Assembly: GCA_963736855.1 (NCBI GenBank)
Contig: CAVTQK010000021.1
Span: 256,001 to 320,000, forward strand
Direction: 5' to 3'
DNA from: an uncultured delta proteobacterium
Lineage (GTDB): Bacteria > Desulfobacterota > Desulfobacteria > Desulfobacterales > UBA2156
Length of the DNA stretch: 64,000 nt
The notes beneath the pieces were generated by a model. It did not search any database and had not been told where the DNA came from. It saw only the letters and a list, made by a program, of their open reading frames with translations. Positions 62,488 through 64,000 of this stretch are shown here, piece by piece. The first letter of the stretch is position 1, and each line of letters begins with the position of its first letter. Both the position numbers and the translations under genes were made by a program.

Positions 62488-64000
62488 TGTGCGGCATCGC
62501 GGGAATAATCGGTCCTGAATCGGAAATACAAACCGTTCAAAGGATGATCGAAGTGCAAAAACACCGAGGTCCGGACGGTCGAGGCGCCTGGGGCAAATCG
62601 GGAGAAATCGCATTAGGTCACTGTCGGTTAAAAATCATCGACTTGAGCGATGACGGGCGACAACCCATGAGCACTGAAGATGGACGATATACAATCGTAT
62701 ACAACGGAGAAGTCTACAATTTTAAGGATCTTAAGCGGGAAATGCCGGGAATTAAATTCCGCTCGGAAACCGACACCGAAGTGGTTTTATATGCGTATTC
62801 ATTATGGGGATCCAAATGTCTTGAGCGGTTTATCGGAATGTATGGTTTTGCCATATGGGATGATCTTGAAAAAATTCTGTTTTGCGCACGCGACAGAGTC
62901 GGGATAAAGCCGTTCTATTTCAGCCGGCAAGGCGAAACTTTCTTTTTTTCATCTGAAATCAGGGGTCTCTTAGCCGCAGGTATAAAACCGGAAGCCAATA
63001 ACGGAATTATATATGATTTCTTAATGAAAGATTACTATGAACATACGGATGAGACGTTTTTCCTGAACATCCGTAAACTCCCACCTAGCCATTACATGGT
63101 GGTTGAAAACGGGGTTCCGAAAACCCCGATACGATATTGGGAGTTTGATCAGCAAAAGTGCAATGATGTCAGTAAAATCAGTGTTCAGGAAAGGGATGAG
63201 AAATTTGTCGAACTGGCACTGGATGCCCTTCGACTTCATTTGCGAAGCGATGTTCCGGTGGGAGTAGCATTGAGCGGAGGACTTGACTCGGCCATGCTAT
63301 TGGCTCTTTTGGTGAGGACTCATCCGGATCCGCAAAAAGTTGAAGCTTTCTCATTCGTTTTCAACGATGAAAAATACAGCGAAAGGCCGTATGTTGAAAA
63401 AATGATTCACCATACCGGGCAGCGCGGCCATTTTGTTGAAATATCACCGGAAATTTTCATAGATGACACGCAAGCTTTATGCATCAGTCAGGAAGAACCG
63501 TTTGCCGGACTGCCTATCGCCGCGTATGCAGCTTCCTTTAAAGAAGCGAGAGAAAACAGGTTTATTGTTATGATGGATGGGAGCGGCTTGGATGAGGGAT
63601 TAGCAGGGTACGATCGCTTTTTTCCTGCCTATTGGGTTGATCTGTTTGCTGAAGGAAAATTTGAAAAATTGGATCTTGAGTTATCCGCAAAAGGCATCAT
63701 GACTCCAGGAGAAAGAAAACGAGCCGTTTTCCAAATGTCCGAAGCACTTCGGTCAGACTCCGATTCTGGAAAAGGCCAGGACTTGACCGAAAGTGTGAGG
63801 CCGAATTGTGTTAATACGGATTTCTCCAAAAAATACGCAACTTCTTACCACTTTTTCGAAAGACCGTTTCAAGACAACTTGCGGAATTTAATGTATCGAG
63901 AACTACGATATACCAAGCTGCCGAGAGCACTGAGGTTTAGAGACCGCCTAAGTATGGCTGTCGGAACAGAATTGCGACCCCCTTTTCTCGATCATCGGCT
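62487..64000 (+). CDS. asnB: asparagine synthase-like glutamine amidotransferase (runs off window end)
   Basis: Not in the ORF track. MCGIAG...HRGPD...RLKIIDLS..GRQPM...YNGEVYN...RDRVGIKP...LSGGLDS; open to the window end. Confidence 0.92.
   Translation, partial: MCGIAGIIGPESEIQTVQRMIEVQKHRGPDGRGAWGKSGEIALGHCRLKIIDLSDDGRQPMSTEDGRYTIVYNGEVYNFKDLKREMPGIKFRSETDTEVVLYAYSLWGSKCLERFIGMYGFAIWDDLEKILFCARDRVGIKPFYFSRQGETFFFSSEIRGLLAAGIKPEANNGIIYDFLMKDYYEHTDETFFLNIRKLPPSHYMVVENGVPKTPIRYWEFDQQKCNDVSKISVQERDEKFVELALDALRLHLRSDVPVGVALSGGLDSAMLLALLVRTHPDPQKVEAFSFVFNDEKYSERPYVEKMIHHTGQRGHFVEISPEIFIDDTQALCISQEEPFAGLPIAAYAASFKEARENRFIVMMDGSGLDEGLAGYDRFFPAYWVDLFAEGKFEKLDLELSAKGIMTPGERKRAVFQMSEALRSDSDSGKGQDLTESVRPNCVNTDFSKKYATSYHFFERPFQDNLRNLMYRELRYTKLPRALRFRDRLSMAVGTELRPPFLDHR

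Noticed and set aside
1..64000. CRISPR arrays, tRNA or rRNA genes
   Set aside because: No regularly spaced repeats or recognisable structural RNA genes seen by eye; a covariance-model scan would be needed to exclude small RNAs.

Overview
Bacterial window that looks deltaproteobacterial/Desulfobacterota-like (inferred from the flavoredoxin, the TAXI-TRAP operon and the repeat types; not proven). Positions 1-8 kb are housekeeping genes on the minus strand: nuoABC under a sigma70 promoter with a Rex-like operator, flavoredoxin, small proteins, a YajD HNH nuclease, a TAXI-TRAP transporter, and a MITE. From 8.1 kb to the window end lies one co-oriented surface-glycan locus of more than 55 kb, with a second MITE in its leader. 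It encodes a wHTH regulator, ugd, UDP-xylose synthase, cysC, Wzm/Wzt, a second ABC flippase, GT2/GT4/GT-C enzymes, four NeuB-family synthases, four NeuA-family CMP-transferases plus a fifth remnant, and two NeuC. One module is a recognisable acetamidino-legionaminic acid pathway. Two others lack NeuC and carry unexpected partners. The first is NeuB + SDR + aldehyde dehydrogenase + KpsS-like transferase + NeuA + transketolase, a candidate pathway to a non-canonical, possibly dicarboxylic, ulosonic acid. The second is a NeuB with an apparent ribbon-helix-helix N-terminus + NeuA + two SDRs + methyltransferase. A diverged duplicate of part of the first module carries a NeuA/transketolase deletion scar. 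IS3, IS5 and IS4 remnants punctuate the locus. Many genes between about 24.8 and 56.2 kb are frameshifted, probably by assembly error. All protein calls come from motif recognition by eye; no searches were run.
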